Shown piece after piece: positions 62,933 to 64,000 of a stretch of 64,000 bases of DNA. Source of the stretch: Phoronis australis. Its lineage: Eukaryota > Animalia > Phoronida. The notes under the pieces are model-generated. The model was not told the DNA's origin. It worked only from the letters and a program-made list of their open reading frames with translations, and searched no databases. The stretch covers positions 141,041 through 205,040 of the forward strand of contig NMRA01000537.1 in assembly GCA_002633005.1 (NCBI GenBank), in the 5' to 3' direction. Each line of letters begins with the position of its first letter. Position 1 is the stretch's first letter. The position numbers were made by a program, and so were the translations under genes.

Positions 62933-63549
62933 CTGAAATGATATAAGAAGACATTGCCATTAACGTGAACGTACGACTATAATAAACCAGAGAATCAACG
63001 TGCAGAAAGATTCAACGAATTCCGTTTTGTGCCATAGCATAACAGAGTGAATATAAGACGTCGTATTTTATTAATTAGGATACTAAGCCGTGATTTCAAC
63101 CAATCCTGGTTCTGTCACTTACTAATGCATCCCACTTGAGTGATAAAAGCAGGATTCAATCAAAACTCGTACTCGTATCATATATCAAATATGGTTCTTG
63201 ATTGATGTGGTATTTCCCTGCACTTGTAGTGTAGCTTGCCTACAGTGTAGGTCACGCTTACCGGTTTAACAGACCTTGCAATTAGTTTACATTCTTCCCA
63301 AACTTTTGAGAGTTGTAGATAGTGTTGTAGTTGGCTACTGAGTATTACTTTGTTTCGAGAGAAATGGATGGGAAAGCCGTTTTTATCATCTGTTAACAGG
63401 CCCAGTTTTATATAACTATTCTTAATAGACTTTTGGTCTATTTACGCCGACCTCTTGTCTATTTACATGTAGTACATTGTCGCGACGTTTCGGTCGGTCT
63501 ATTGTCAGTTGTTCCTGCGTTCTTAGAAGACTAGACCGGCAGCCCAGAG

Positions 63550-64000
63550 CACTTAGCATAGATGAACGAGGTACCAACATCTGACCACGGGAGCATTTAA
63601 AGTCCACCTCAGTATGTACAGAAATGGACGTCTGCCGTTGTCTGCACTCTGGGTGTGACCCCTGGGGGCCTTACAAACAGCCCAAAAAATAAGCTAGACT
63701 AGATATTCGAGGTACCAACCAAAACTGATTTAAAACGATCAATAGTACCGCACTGAACACCAAATGACCCATGACAGACAAATTGCACTCTGGAATGGGT
63801 CCGGCAGAAACCAAAAAAGGACCCCCCAAAAATGAGCTAGCACATACATTCGAGGTACCACACAAAACCAATTCCATATGATCCAATACATGTCACAGAT
63901 CACTAAAACCCCTATGACAGACAAATTACACTCTGGGTTGTGCCCGGCAGAAACCCCCAAAAATTTCAACCATGGTATGCCATCAAAAATTTGAGCTAGA
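63550..64000. repeat. Diverged tandem repeat, unit about 145 bp, running off the window end
   Basis: aaaa.t.agctag...ttcgaggtacca...atgacagacaaatt.cactctgg...ccggcagaaacc recurs at about 63685, 63828 and 63985, with a more decayed unit near 63550. Confidence 0.75.

Noticed and set aside
63000-64000. BHMT exons 1-2
   Set aside because: No GDGG...LEKRGY...WTPE-like sequence found on the minus strand; presumably beyond the window.

Overview
Intron-rich, repeat-rich eukaryotic (invertebrate animal) DNA, not prokaryotic. Hand-splicing at GT-AG boundaries gives two tandem + strand paralogous genes for large secreted mosaic proteins with a shared stalk and tail but different heads. Gene A (9348-34556, 14 exons, about 1166 aa) is signal peptide, C-type lectin, 15 EGF, Sushi/CCP-like, spacer with RYKR furin-type site, Cys-rich GCC2/GCC3-like repeat, C-type lectin. 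Gene B (38113-54399, 13 exons, about 1159 aa) is signal peptide, 2 VWA, 9 EGF and the same tail. A decayed, inverted fragment of a third family member lies at about 3690-4640 (-). A convergent BHMT-like gene (55631-62932, -, 5' end not found in the window) keeps its Zn ligands but has an in-frame TGA and a probable last-exon frameshift. The remainder is MITE/foldback, Kolobok-like, Helitron-like and Penelope-like repeats, micro/minisatellites, one probable allelic assembly duplication and one gap. Most ORFs in the supplied track are spurious or are exon read-throughs. Domain names come from motif recognition by eye; no searches were run.
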